IMG/VR virus record: IMGVR_UViG_3300035501_000922
DNA length: 64,000 nucleotides
DNA from: a virus
Taxonomy: Duplodnaviria; Caudoviricetes
Reading direction: 5' to 3' (one strand)
The notes below the pieces were generated by a model that worked only from the letters and a program-made list of their open reading frames with translations, ran no database searches and was not told where the DNA came from. The translations under genes were made by a program, and so were the position numbers. Of this stretch, positions 11,441 through 20,856 are shown piece by piece (positions within the stretch are counted from its first letter, which is position 1; every line of letters begins with the position of its first letter).

Positions 11441-11510
11441 AACACTATTAAATCCCAGTATATAATTCATTTATATACTGGGATATTTATTTTTGGAGGG
11501 GTGTAAAAAT

Positions 11511-11993
11511 ATGAGACAATTAATAAATAAATTAATAAATTTTGTAATAGCATTACAAAATCATAATTCGTTTGCAGTACTTAATTGCAATCATAATAAT
11601 TTAAGATATGTAACTAACGTAAATGTTCCGATGGCATATTTTAAAGGTGCATGTGATTTCTATGATAAATCGGTGACGCCGGGATATTTTAAACTTAATA
11701 GTACAAAGTCAGTCATGGTAAAAGATGATAGTAATATACTTGTTTTTAATATAAAAGGTGTGTATGACTTAATTGATGTACGTTTGTTAGTTAAATATTG
11801 TAAAGCTAATGACACGTCATATCTTAATCTTCAATTAATCGATTATTATAAATATGCACCAGATGGTAATCTTGTTAAGATTTCCTCGGTTACTAGAGTA
11901 GTACTTGATGAGATTGATAATATATGGAATCATAGTTATAACTTCAAATATCAACAAAAAGAAGCAATAGAAAATGTACTTAAACTGTTTTAA
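11511..11993 (+). CDS. Hypothetical protein
   Basis: GGAGG RBS before ATG 11511. Confidence 0.55.
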   Translation: MRQLINKLINFVIALQNHNSFAVLNCNHNNLRYVTNVNVPMAYFKGACDFYDKSVTPGYFKLNSTKSVMVKDDSNILVFNIKGVYDLIDVRLLVKYCKANDTSYLNLQLIDYYKYAPDGNLVKISSVTRVVLDEIDNIWNHSYNFKYQQKEAIENVLKLF

Positions 11994-12046
11994 CTTTAAA
12001 GTATAGTGTTAACAATTATATAGCTTATTTAAAAGGGGTTAACATT

Positions 12047-12469
12047 ATGCACATTGATACAGAAATACAGGAAAACGTTCTTACAGTACTGAAACTTCGA
12101 AAAGAACTTCATAGGTTATCGTTTCTGATACATACAATGAAGAAAGACAGTACTAAATATGACGACGTATATAACAGGCAACTTGAGATTAGATTAATAT
12201 TAGATAAGATGGGATTTAAAACTGGTGTATCTGATAATATGTCTAAACTAGCAATAATTGTCTATATGTACGAACACCCATTTGAAAAGATAACCCATAA
12301 GTTATTCACAACTGATGAATATCTTTATTACGATATTAATGAAGATTGCATTAAAGATGAAAATCAGAATGTTTTTGAAACGTGGGTAAAAGAACCTTGT
12401 TCCTATAATGGAATAATGGTACGAACAGAAAAACATTGGGAATATGGATGGAAATTGTATAATGAATAA
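12047..12469 (+). CDS. Hypothetical protein
   Basis: 140 aa; late-type promoter at 12011-12022. Confidence 0.6.
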   Translation: MHIDTEIQENVLTVLKLRKELHRLSFLIHTMKKDSTKYDDVYNRQLEIRLILDKMGFKTGVSDNMSKLAIIVYMYEHPFEKITHKLFTTDEYLYYDINEDCIKDENQNVFETWVKEPCSYNGIMVRTEKHWEYGWKLYNE

Positions 12470-12516
12470 GAAGGTAAGAGAATTTATCTCTTACCTTCTT
12501 ATTTATGTATGTAATA

Positions 12517-12550
12517 ATCCGTAAAGTCAACTTTTTCAATTATATATTAT
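12517..12550 (+). promoter_or_regulatory. Extended early-type promoter ATCCGTAAAGTCAACTTTTTCAATTATATATTAT
   Basis: 31/34 identical to the minus-strand copy at 57729-57762; ends in the TATATATTAT core. Confidence 0.7.
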
Positions 12551-12652
12551 TTTTGTGTAATCGGATAAGAATTTATTATTCGATATAATAAATTGAATGG
12601 GTTACGAATTACCTAGTCACAAAATTCGCAGAGTACGAAGGAGGTACTTATT

Positions 12653-12874
12653 ATGTTAAAGAAAGTTATAATTGTAATCGGCTCCGCTGTTGCAGGAGCA
12701 GTGGCCGCGGGCTCATTCTACATCAATGGTGAGATCGCTAAGAACACTGTCGATGAGGTCAAAGAGAATAAGGCGAAAGCCGCATTCCGTGAGACCAGAA
12801 AAGAGAAAGTTCCTGGCAAGTTCAGAAAGCAGTTCGTAACCAGAGATGGTTTCGGAAACATCGTTGACGATTAA
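12653..12874 (+). CDS. Small putative early membrane/secreted protein
   Basis: AAGGAGGT RBS, hydrophobic N-terminus, downstream of early-type promoter. Confidence 0.6.
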   Translation: MLKKVIIVIGSAVAGAVAAGSFYINGEIAKNTVDEVKENKAKAAFRETRKEKVPGKFRKQFVTRDGFGNIVDD

Positions 12875-12890
12875 TAAGGAGGTGAAAACA

Positions 12891-13067
12891 ATGTTCTCAG
12901 TTATTCTCGCTTCAGCAGCTATTGCATACGGCACAGGTGTGGGCGTAATAAGCTACAAGCTTGTGAACAACCTTCCCAAGAAAAAGGGAAAGAAGGTTAT
13001 TGACGTGGTCATCAACGACCCCGTCATGTACGATGTCGATGACGACGAGGTGAGGGATGCTGAATAA
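12891..13067 (+). CDS. Small putative early membrane protein
   Basis: AAGGAGGTG RBS before ATG 12891; N-terminal hydrophobic helix, basic then acidic tail. Confidence 0.6.
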   Translation: MFSVILASAAIAYGTGVGVISYKLVNNLPKKKGKKVIDVVINDPVMYDVDDDEVRDAE

Positions 13068-13206
13068 GCATCCCTCAATTTTGAAATACACTTGGGTGCA
13101 ATAGTGCCTGAGTAGTTATCAAGAAAAAAAATAAACATCATTGTGATGTTTATTTTTTTCTTTAAAAACGTTAATATAACATTATAATTATGAAAGGAGA
13201 ATAACC

Positions 13207-13473
13207 ATGAACTATTATTTTTGTTTACTCTCGGCTGAAGAAGCCAAGGATCCTACAAAATATGGATATAATTTTGCATTAACTAAAGAATCAGATTGGA
13301 TTCAATCTAATGATGCAGAGAACTATCTTACAGGTGTTATTAAAGGCGTTGATTTCTTCATTAAAGATGGTATCACGTATTCATTTCATAAACGTTTCCT
13401 TGACCTTGATAATAAGAGAATTGTTGTTCTTGCACTCGAAAGTACTTCAGGTTGTGACGTTAAGAAATTTTAA
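13207..13473 (+). CDS. Hypothetical protein
   Basis: 88 aa, AAAGGAG RBS. Confidence 0.6.
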   Translation: MNYYFCLLSAEEAKDPTKYGYNFALTKESDWIQSNDAENYLTGVIKGVDFFIKDGITYSFHKRFLDLDNKRIVVLALESTSGCDVKKF

Positions 13474-13495
13474 TATATATTTTCAACATAAGAAT

Positions 13496-13599
13496 AAGCT
13501 TAAGTTGAATGGAAAATCTGATTTAAGTTAGAGCTTATAAAACACCTCATGAGAATAAAGAATGATGGATACTAAGAAATTCTTAGTATCCATCATTTT
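13496..13599 (+). ncRNA. Candidate small RNA A (late-type promoter to terminator, no ORF)
   Basis: AACA-N6-TA at 13485-13496; terminator 13561-13599; 5' ~44 nt complementary to 23601-23642. Confidence 0.4.
13561..13599. terminator. Bidirectional terminator hairpin
   Basis: AATGATGGATACTAAGAA / TTCTTAGTATCCATCATT. Confidence 0.8.
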
Positions 13600-14903
13600 T
13601 AATTATTGTATGCTTGTATTGCAAGAATAAAGTAGAAGTATAATGCTTTTTTATAACATACACGACTTGCTTCTCTTTTGTATTTACTATGTATACCTAT
13701 TTCTTCAGACCACTTCTCTAAAGAATCTTTAATATTTTTTATATTAGCATCATTAGCATTCGTCTTTCTAAAAGTTGCTTCTGACCAGTGTAAAAAGTAT
13801 TTAGAATTTATATCTTCAGGTTTTTTATTTTCATCATATAGATATAGGAACAACACAGATTCAATAAACTTTTGAATATCATCTGAATATTTATCAGTAA
13901 TAACCTTGGTTATATAAAACCTAACTTCGGAAACACTAACATTACTAATCTTAGCTACTATAGATACAAACTTAAGATTTATATCTTGAGTAAGTAGTTT
14001 TAAAGTTATCTTTCTTCCTATATATTCTACAGTAGATGTTTTATTCTGTGAATCAACGTCTAACTGCATACCATCATAAGAATCTTTAGATAAAGTAACT
14101 CTAAGTCCTTTAGCATGATTACTCATATACTGGTCACAGATTTTTTTAATCATTGACTTTTGGTCATTTCTTATTCTTTGTATAAAACGAATTATTTCTT
14201 TATCAGAAGCATCATTTATAAATGGTTTTAAAAAGTCATATGAATGCTGAATAGAAAGAAATAATGCTCCAAAGATATGACCTTGTTGTTTAATCATAAA
14301 TTTATCAGTTAAATTATCAATGGTATATTGCATAACAGCTTCATCCGTACCGTATTTAAAAAATAAACTAAATACTGCAGGATAGTTAGAAAGAGCATAA
14401 ATTGCTAATGCGGTATTGATACCTTTCTGGTCTTTCTTTAATGTGTAAAATCTAATACAGCAATAGAATACCCAGAAAATGGGGTTACCTGTTAATAAGT
14501 TAAATTCACTCTTAGTTCCAAGTTGATTTACTACCTTCTTTATATTTTCATCAAGAAGAGAAATTTTAATCTTTTTATCTTTTGCTCCACCCGTAAGTGT
14601 ATATTCAAACCCGAATAACTCACAGTACTTAGCTTTCTCATCAGATGAAAATGGGATTAAATATACAGGACCTGTAGTATGAAGTTTATCACTATTTACA
14701 TCCATATAGTGTCCTACAAGTTGTTTAAACTTCCTATCACCTTGCGGTGTACTAAGTGTTTTTTCAATTATTGGATAAATATTCTCTATAATAATATGTG
14801 AATCAGTTGTGGCTTCTGTTATATAATCACGTAAATCTAACAGTTCACATTCTTGTTCTTTTTCATACATCTTTACTAAATAACTCATAAGAACGTATCT
14901 CAC
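13599..14903 (-). CDS. Hypothetical protein, probably virion-associated
   Basis: 434 aa; late-type promoter at 14921-14932; acidic N-terminus ending in an ITE-A-like protease site. Confidence 0.55.
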   Translation of the reverse strand: MRYVLMSYLVKMYEKEQECELLDLRDYITEATTDSHIIIENIYPIIEKTLSTPQGDRKFKQLVGHYMDVNSDKLHTTGPVYLIPFSSDEKAKYCELFGFEYTLTGGAKDKKIKISLLDENIKKVVNQLGTKSEFNLLTGNPIFWVFYCCIRFYTLKKDQKGINTALAIYALSNYPAVFSLFFKYGTDEAVMQYTIDNLTDKFMIKQQGHIFGALFLSIQHSYDFLKPFINDASDKEIIRFIQRIRNDQKSMIKKICDQYMSNHAKGLRVTLSKDSYDGMQLDVDSQNKTSTVEYIGRKITLKLLTQDINLKFVSIVAKISNVSVSEVRFYITKVITDKYSDDIQKFIESVLFLYLYDENKKPEDINSKYFLHWSEATFRKTNANDANIKNIKDSLEKWSEEIGIHSKYKREASRVCYKKALYFYFILAIQAYNN

Positions 14904-14983
14904 CTTTCTTATATAATAATTAAGTATTTGTTTTTTACTGGTTTTATTACAGTATAATAAAACATATGAAAGGAGTTAGTAAT

Positions 14984-15211
14984 ATGCTTAAAAAAATTAT
15001 TGAGATTATAGATTTTTTATCATTGATTTCTTTTCTAATAGGAATGGGTATTGCGTTTTATTATACTTTTAAGTATTTTATGGTTATACGTATTATTGCA
15101 ATAATAAACTACCCTATAAATCTGGTAGTGAAACCATTAATACCTTTAAGTATATCAATAATATTATCAATTATTAGTTTTAAACTAAAGAAAATAAATA
15201 AGAAGAGCTAG
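14984..15211 (+). CDS. Small two-TM membrane protein
   Basis: AAGGAG RBS, two hydrophobic segments. Confidence 0.55.
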   Translation: MLKKIIEIIDFLSLISFLIGMGIAFYYTFKYFMVIRIIAIINYPINLVVKPLIPLSISIILSIISFKLKKINKKS

Positions 15212-15238
15212 TTTATCTATCTCTTCTTATTTTTTAAT

Positions 15239-15248
15239 TATATATTAT
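15239..15248 (+). promoter_or_regulatory. Early-type promoter TATATATTAT
   Basis: Recurrent motif just after a terminator and upstream of a gene. Confidence 0.6.
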
Positions 15249-15297
15249 TTAGATGTAATAAGACAAGGAAAGTCTATAAAACCAGAAAGGAAAAGCC

Positions 15298-15759
15298 ATG
15301 AATATAATGGATGAGTTAGAAGTAATTGTAGCAAAGGTTCAAGAAGAAGACGGTGTATCGAAGGCTGCGGCTGCTCGTAAAGTTAGAAAAGCTGCAGAAG
15401 CATTTTCTCACATTGAGAATATGAATGAGAGACTGCGTAAAATTGAAAGACAGAGTGCTGAAGACCCTGTACTTGCATTTTTAAACAGTATTGAAACTGA
15501 GGACGGATTCTATGCTAGTATCAGTGTAGAAGACTATGAAAAACTGCTTGTTATAGTCGAGAAAACGGGTCACTCGATACACTACCCTAAGGGAAATTAT
15601 CGTAGTGGTGGTACTGCAGGTACCAGAGGTTCTGAGCACGAAGGGCTTGATAACGGTCGGGTGTATTTTACAAATCGAAGATTTGAAACTACCCATAAAG
15701 GGCACATGTATACATATTATCCTGAGCTTAAAAAATGGGATAGATATGGAAACAAATAA
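15298..15759 (+). CDS. Hypothetical (putative early) protein
   Basis: 153 aa, AAAGGA RBS. Confidence 0.6.
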   Translation: MNIMDELEVIVAKVQEEDGVSKAAAARKVRKAAEAFSHIENMNERLRKIERQSAEDPVLAFLNSIETEDGFYASISVEDYEKLLVIVEKTGHSIHYPKGNYRSGGTAGTRGSEHEGLDNGRVYFTNRRFETTHKGHMYTYYPELKKWDRYGNK

Positions 15760-15785
15760 TAAAAATTATAAAGGAGTATAAAAGC

Positions 15786-16664
15786 ATGAATAACAATGTT
15801 AAAGAGACAAATGAAGCAGAAGTAAGGGTGAACGAAATCAAGAATCTCTATGATACTTTAGATAAAAAGTACGAGGTACTATTGAGTATTATCGGAATCA
15901 CCACAGACAATGAGAAGCTGGATAGGCTTCGTCAGATGTACTTATTACAGTTACAATATGGACTGTATATCAATAACAAAGATATTGAATATGCTATTAC
16001 AGAAAAAATCGTTAAACCCTATGAAAAGGATAAGACGGTTGATTTAGAGGCATATGAAGATCTGCATGGTCAACTTACGTACTGGAATGAAGAGTTAGAT
16101 CGAAATTTATCAACAGCACAATATTATGCAAGAACTATAGAAGAATTTGATAGCTATTGCGAAGATGATAAAATATATATAATATTAGACCCTTCAACAG
16201 AACACGTATCTCGATCTTACTTTACTGAATCGAGTTTTATTTGTGAAAACGTGGGTCATGGAGGAAGATTCAATCCGTTGACAGTTCCATTACTTCCCAT
16301 AGACCCAGTGATGATTGAAGATGTTGAATTCAACTCTGGAAACTTAATACCCTATTTAACTAGATTCTATACTAACTATATAATAGGACAACTGACTGTA
16401 GACGGTGGTTTATGGATTCATGAACCGATGCTAACACCTCTATACAAATTTATCGTAAACTGGGTTCTGAAGACTTATATAGATAATGAGGATGATTCAT
16501 ATCATCAGTTTTTACTTGAGAAGTATGTATCATATTTATCTACAAGTGAATATAGGGACGAAGACTATGAGTTTATCAAGAAGTGGTTTACTGATAATGG
16601 ATATAAGAGTTTTGCCGATGAGATAGGGCAAGAACTCAATAAATTAAACAGTGATAACGAGTAA
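15786..16664 (+). CDS. Hypothetical (putative early) protein
   Basis: 292 aa, AAGGAG RBS. Confidence 0.6.
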   Translation: MNNNVKETNEAEVRVNEIKNLYDTLDKKYEVLLSIIGITTDNEKLDRLRQMYLLQLQYGLYINNKDIEYAITEKIVKPYEKDKTVDLEAYEDLHGQLTYWNEELDRNLSTAQYYARTIEEFDSYCEDDKIYIILDPSTEHVSRSYFTESSFICENVGHGGRFNPLTVPLLPIDPVMIEDVEFNSGNLIPYLTRFYTNYIIGQLTVDGGLWIHEPMLTPLYKFIVNWVLKTYIDNEDDSYHQFLLEKYVSYLSTSEYRDEDYEFIKKWFTDNGYKSFADEIGQELNKLNSDNE

Positions 16665-16705
16665 TAAAAAGGTAGGTATACGTTTGTATACCTACCTTTA
16701 TTTTT

Positions 16706-19700
16706 TTATAATAACATGTCATCGACATTAATTTGTTGTGTATGTACAGTAGCATCATGGAATTTTTTCATTCCAAGACGTTTAGTAGTTTCTGCAGGTT
16801 TGGAACATAATAATCCAATATTCCTCTTACCAAGTTTGTAATAGAAATCACCTGCACATTTATTGCAAAGATGTTTTTCTTTTCCAACTCCTATACAATA
16901 CATAGGACTTCTTAGTTTTACAACCTTACCAGCATATTTAGTTATTACATCGGGAGTTAAACAAATAAGTTTACCCTTTTCTATAATATATCTATATAAG
17001 AAATCGTCATATCCTTTATTAGGAATTGTTATAGATAGATATCCAGTTGTGCCACAATCAGAACCTTCATCAGCTAATGTTTCAGATTGCATTGCTGAAA
17101 TAAGTTCTTTAGATAAGTAACCGGATACTTGTGTACCGTAATATTATTCATATAGGTTAGTTACTCCTATATCTGTTTATACAGCTATATGTCTCCATAT
17201 AGATTGGACTATATCTTACTTATATATTCTATTACCAAATATATAAGCCCATGCACTTCCACTCTACTTAGAGTGTACTCTACTCACTTACTCACTTAGA
17301 TATTTCTTCTAAGCTATGTTTTCGATAGTCTCTGAACGTTCTTCCATAAAGAAGCTTCGCTGCGGATTGTCTCTATTCTTAACATTATTACTATACCTTG
17401 GACGTTACTCCTTGCCACTATTATATTACTATCTTAGTTTAGTAGTTAAGACTTTTTAAATTAAAGTTATAGTTATTAACTTTAATTTATGAGATATTCC
17501 CGCAATTCACATGGTCAGACAGCCGGGTTACACGTGACTGCCTTCGGATAGGCACCGGATAAGATGGCATTTGAATGTGGAGCTATATCTTTTTTCTCAA
17601 GACCATCAAGTAATGATGCCGTCAGAACATCAAACTCACCGGTCATATTATTTTTAATAGCACCTCTCATTAAGTACATATTCTTATAGTTATTACCAAT
17701 AGAACCACGAGCACCTGAAACGTATAAGTCCATACCTATATCGTCTTTAAGAACTTCTTTTGTTTTTGCAACAAGTTCTTTCTCCATTTGTTCTGATGCT
17801 TTAGGGTCATTATTGGCTAACTCATCTTTATATTTTACTAAAAGTTCTTTCTTAAGTTTTTTTACTTCAGGAGGAACTTTTAAAACTTTTGCAGTAAATG
17901 ATGTTGTTATAACTGAGTGAAGCTGTAATCCTAACCAGTCTCTCATATCAACATACTTATACATTTGCTCAACAGTCATTTTATCTTCATATAATGCTTT
18001 TGCTACAGTTTTTTCTACTTTACCAAATCCACCATCATCTAATACATAATTTACATATCCGATAATCTCCTGTAAGCCAATTTCTTCAACCATTAATCTA
18101 TTAAAAATAAATCGACCAAGAGTTGTTTTAGTTGGCTCTTTAACTAGAGGATATTCGGATGGTGTTAAAGTGAGTATATCAGTGGGATGGTGCTTAGCAG
18201 TTACCGCTTTAGTTGGTTTATTCTTTTCATCTTTTGACATATCTACAAGATTACCAAACCAATCAACTAACATTGAGAAAGTTATTTCTTCAGGTTTTAA
18301 AGATAAGAAATACTGTTTATCTTGAGAAGATAAAACTTTAGCATTAGGTTTAGGTTCTTTTGTAAGAGTATAAAAAGTCTGAATTACTTCGTTTTCTACC
18401 TTACGAATATTCTTACCTGATGCATTTATAAAATATGATTTTGAATTCATTGCTTTACGACATTCTTCATTTGCTTCCTGTGTAAATACAATTTTTACTG
18501 TTGTCTGATCTCCATCATAGTCACCGTCTAATCCTGGAAGATATGAGTTACTAAATTGAACTGAATCAATAAACTTAGTAGCCATCTTTGTGGGTGGAAC
18601 GGAAAAATCAATATGAGGATAGTTTTCATATACTTTACCGTTAAATGATACAACTTCAGTTTCTGTTGTTGAAGTAACCCTAATTTCAGCTAAGAAGATT
18701 CCAAATTCATCAAGCAGAGGATAACGAGTTACTAAACAGAATTTATCTTTGGTTACATCAACAGCAGCCATATATAAAAGGTCTGTCCATGTCATATATC
18801 TAGAAGCAATTGAAGAAATTTCAGAACGATTAGTTGGGTCTATACGTTTACCTGTAAAACCTAAATAGAACTTCCTATCAGAACCAACTACAGGAATTTC
18901 AATTTTATTGAAACGTGATTCTGGGTCTTTTACGTATGTATCAATCATTTTCTTAAAATACTTTTCAGTAAAATAAGATTCAGGGTCTGCTAGTCGTAAA
19001 TTATCTTTAGCAGTATCAGATACTGGATTATAAAGAATTTTAGATAGCTGAGAATCTATAACTTCTCTTTCAAAGAAAGTTCTAACCCAATGCATAATGA
19101 ATGGATAACATAAACTACAAATTTGAGAAATAGGTAAAGCTGCATGACGAAAATCTGTTACCATTTGGTCAGGTCTATCAGCATGGAAAGTCGGTGCTGT
19201 AATGACCGTTCTTGTACAATAGTCTACGTTTCGTCCTAAGAGATACTTACGAAGTAATCCCTGCTTTTTCTCAAGCTTTGTTTTAAAATAATCGTATATT
19301 TCAACCAGAGTATTCTGAATATTATAATTAGTGGCACTAAACTGAAAATCAAACATATCTCTATCTTTTATTAATCCAGCATTGCGAATTAATCTACTAT
19401 ACAATTGGTTTATACTTCCGGTTTCACCACTACCACTCTTAGAATAAGTTACATCACGATAAAACGCTGGAATAACTAAGCAGTAATGAATAAAAATTTC
19501 ATTCTTCTTAGTTTTTGTAATAAGGTCAATACGCTCATTACGCATTCCTGTTTCGTCAGCATATTCCCACTTAATCTTTTCCCAGTTATTATAGATAAAT
19601 TCTAGTCCAGTCTCACCGTTTTCATCAGGAACTAACTTTCCAGTTTTATCAATAGAGTAATACTCTTCACCATTGACAATCTTCTCGATGTTACGATAAA

Positions 19701-19923
19701 GACGTTTAAGAACTTTATATATATGAGGATGAATAAAATACGAATGAAGATCAATATATGCAAAAGTTTCTTTTCTTGATTTAGTAGTTATTCCAAATAT
19801 TTCATTTGATATTAAGCCATTTGGATGGGGTATTCCACCTCTTTGAAATAGAATACCTGAAGTGACTTCTTGAAGATGGTTTAATTCAATAAACTCTTTA
19901 ATATCAAATAAATCTATTTTCAT
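16706..19923 (-). CDS. Phage RNA polymerase beta' subunit (virion RNAP-like), spliced (exons 19923-17537 and 17138-16706, 939 aa)
   Basis: GRNVDYCTRTVI, TRYP, catalytic DGDYDGD, SGARG; splicing gives bridge-helix AYPKAVGTQVSGYLSK, then DCGT, LRSPMYC, CNKCAG, MKKFH; late-type promoter at 19946-19957. Confidence 0.88.
17139..17536 (-). ncRNA. Group I intron (IA-like, no ORF) in RNAP beta', apparent 3'-terminal A
   Basis: P AATTGCGGGAA, Q AATCCGCAGC, R TCAGAGACTA, S AAGATATAGTCC; P1 AGGCAGU/GCUGUCU; 3' boundary inferred from frame, P10 and P9.0. Confidence 0.88.
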
Positions 19924-20024
19924 AAAATACCACTCCTTTCTTCATTAAAAGAATGTTTTTTGGCACATATTCTAGACAATAAAAAAATGAGTAGACAGAA
20001 TCATATTCTAGTCTACTCATATTA

Positions 20025-20696
20025 CTAATCATCTGTTGTTTCACTTTGTGCTTTTTTGCTACGTGTAGTTTTTTTCTTTTGGGGTTTCGGGGGTTCATGA
20101 GGTAATTTTCTCAGTTCTTCCATTAAATTTGCTATAAATGAGTCACCATTTTCTTGAAGGTAACGTTCATATCTGCGTTCAACTGCTTGTAGTACATATA
20201 CCTCAATATATCCCCGATATATCGCATTATAGTATTCAATTGTTATAAAAGAACAATTGCTTTCCTTGTCAGATTCAATCATCATAATAACATTGTCTCT
20301 GACAGCGTCAATCTTTAAATCGATTTGATCATTCTTTGATTCATAGCTTTCGAGTCTTTTAGACAATGCCCTATCATTTTCTTCGCTTGTTTGACGTATT
20401 TCCTGGACCGAGGATGAGACAGACTCAATTTTATTATTCAGTTCTGAAATATCTGAACGAATTTCGTCTTTCATATTTTTCACATCATCAGCTAAATTGA
20501 GCATTTGCGTTCTAAACTCAGCATCAGTTTCATCTGTCTGTGTTTTCTTAACAATCTCTAAATCGTGTTCTTCAATTTTTTTTCTTAACTTTTTATAACA
20601 CACAAGTATTGCACCGCCACAAACACAAATAACCGATACTGCTATTCCGAGTCCAGGAAGGATTGAATTTAAAAAGTTAACAAATGTACTTTCCAT
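20025..20696 (-). CDS. Membrane-anchored coiled-coil protein (holin-like)
   Basis: N-terminal TM helix, coiled coil, C-terminal YERYLQENGDSFI..LMEEL motif; late-type promoter at 20739-20750. Confidence 0.45.
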   Translation of the reverse strand: MESTFVNFLNSILPGLGIAVSVICVCGGAILVCYKKLRKKIEEHDLEIVKKTQTDETDAEFRTQMLNLADDVKNMKDEIRSDISELNNKIESVSSSVQEIRQTSEENDRALSKRLESYESKNDQIDLKIDAVRDNVIMMIESDKESNCSFITIEYYNAIYRGYIEVYVLQAVERRYERYLQENGDSFIANLMEELRKLPHEPPKPQKKKTTRSKKAQSETTDD

Positions 20697-20773
20697 AGTG
20701 GTTTAACCCCTTTCTCATTAAAAAAAAGATAATAGTATTATTAAATTGTTTTTAAGAGCTATAACAAATACAT

Positions 20774-20856
20774 AAGAATTTTAGGTAATTTTCAACATTT
20801 TTGTCCTTCGTTTTAAAAATAGGATGCATTGACATAACTCAATGCATCCTATTTTT
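20774..20856 (+). ncRNA. Candidate small RNA C (late-type promoter to terminator)
   Basis: AACA-N6-TA at 20763-20774; terminator ~20816-20856; no ORF; pyrimidine-rich 5' part. Confidence 0.25.

Noticed and set aside
16706-17092. Listed 128 aa ORF as an independent RNAP fragment
   Set aside because: It is exon 2 of the intron-split beta' gene; the frame is open upstream to the splice site.
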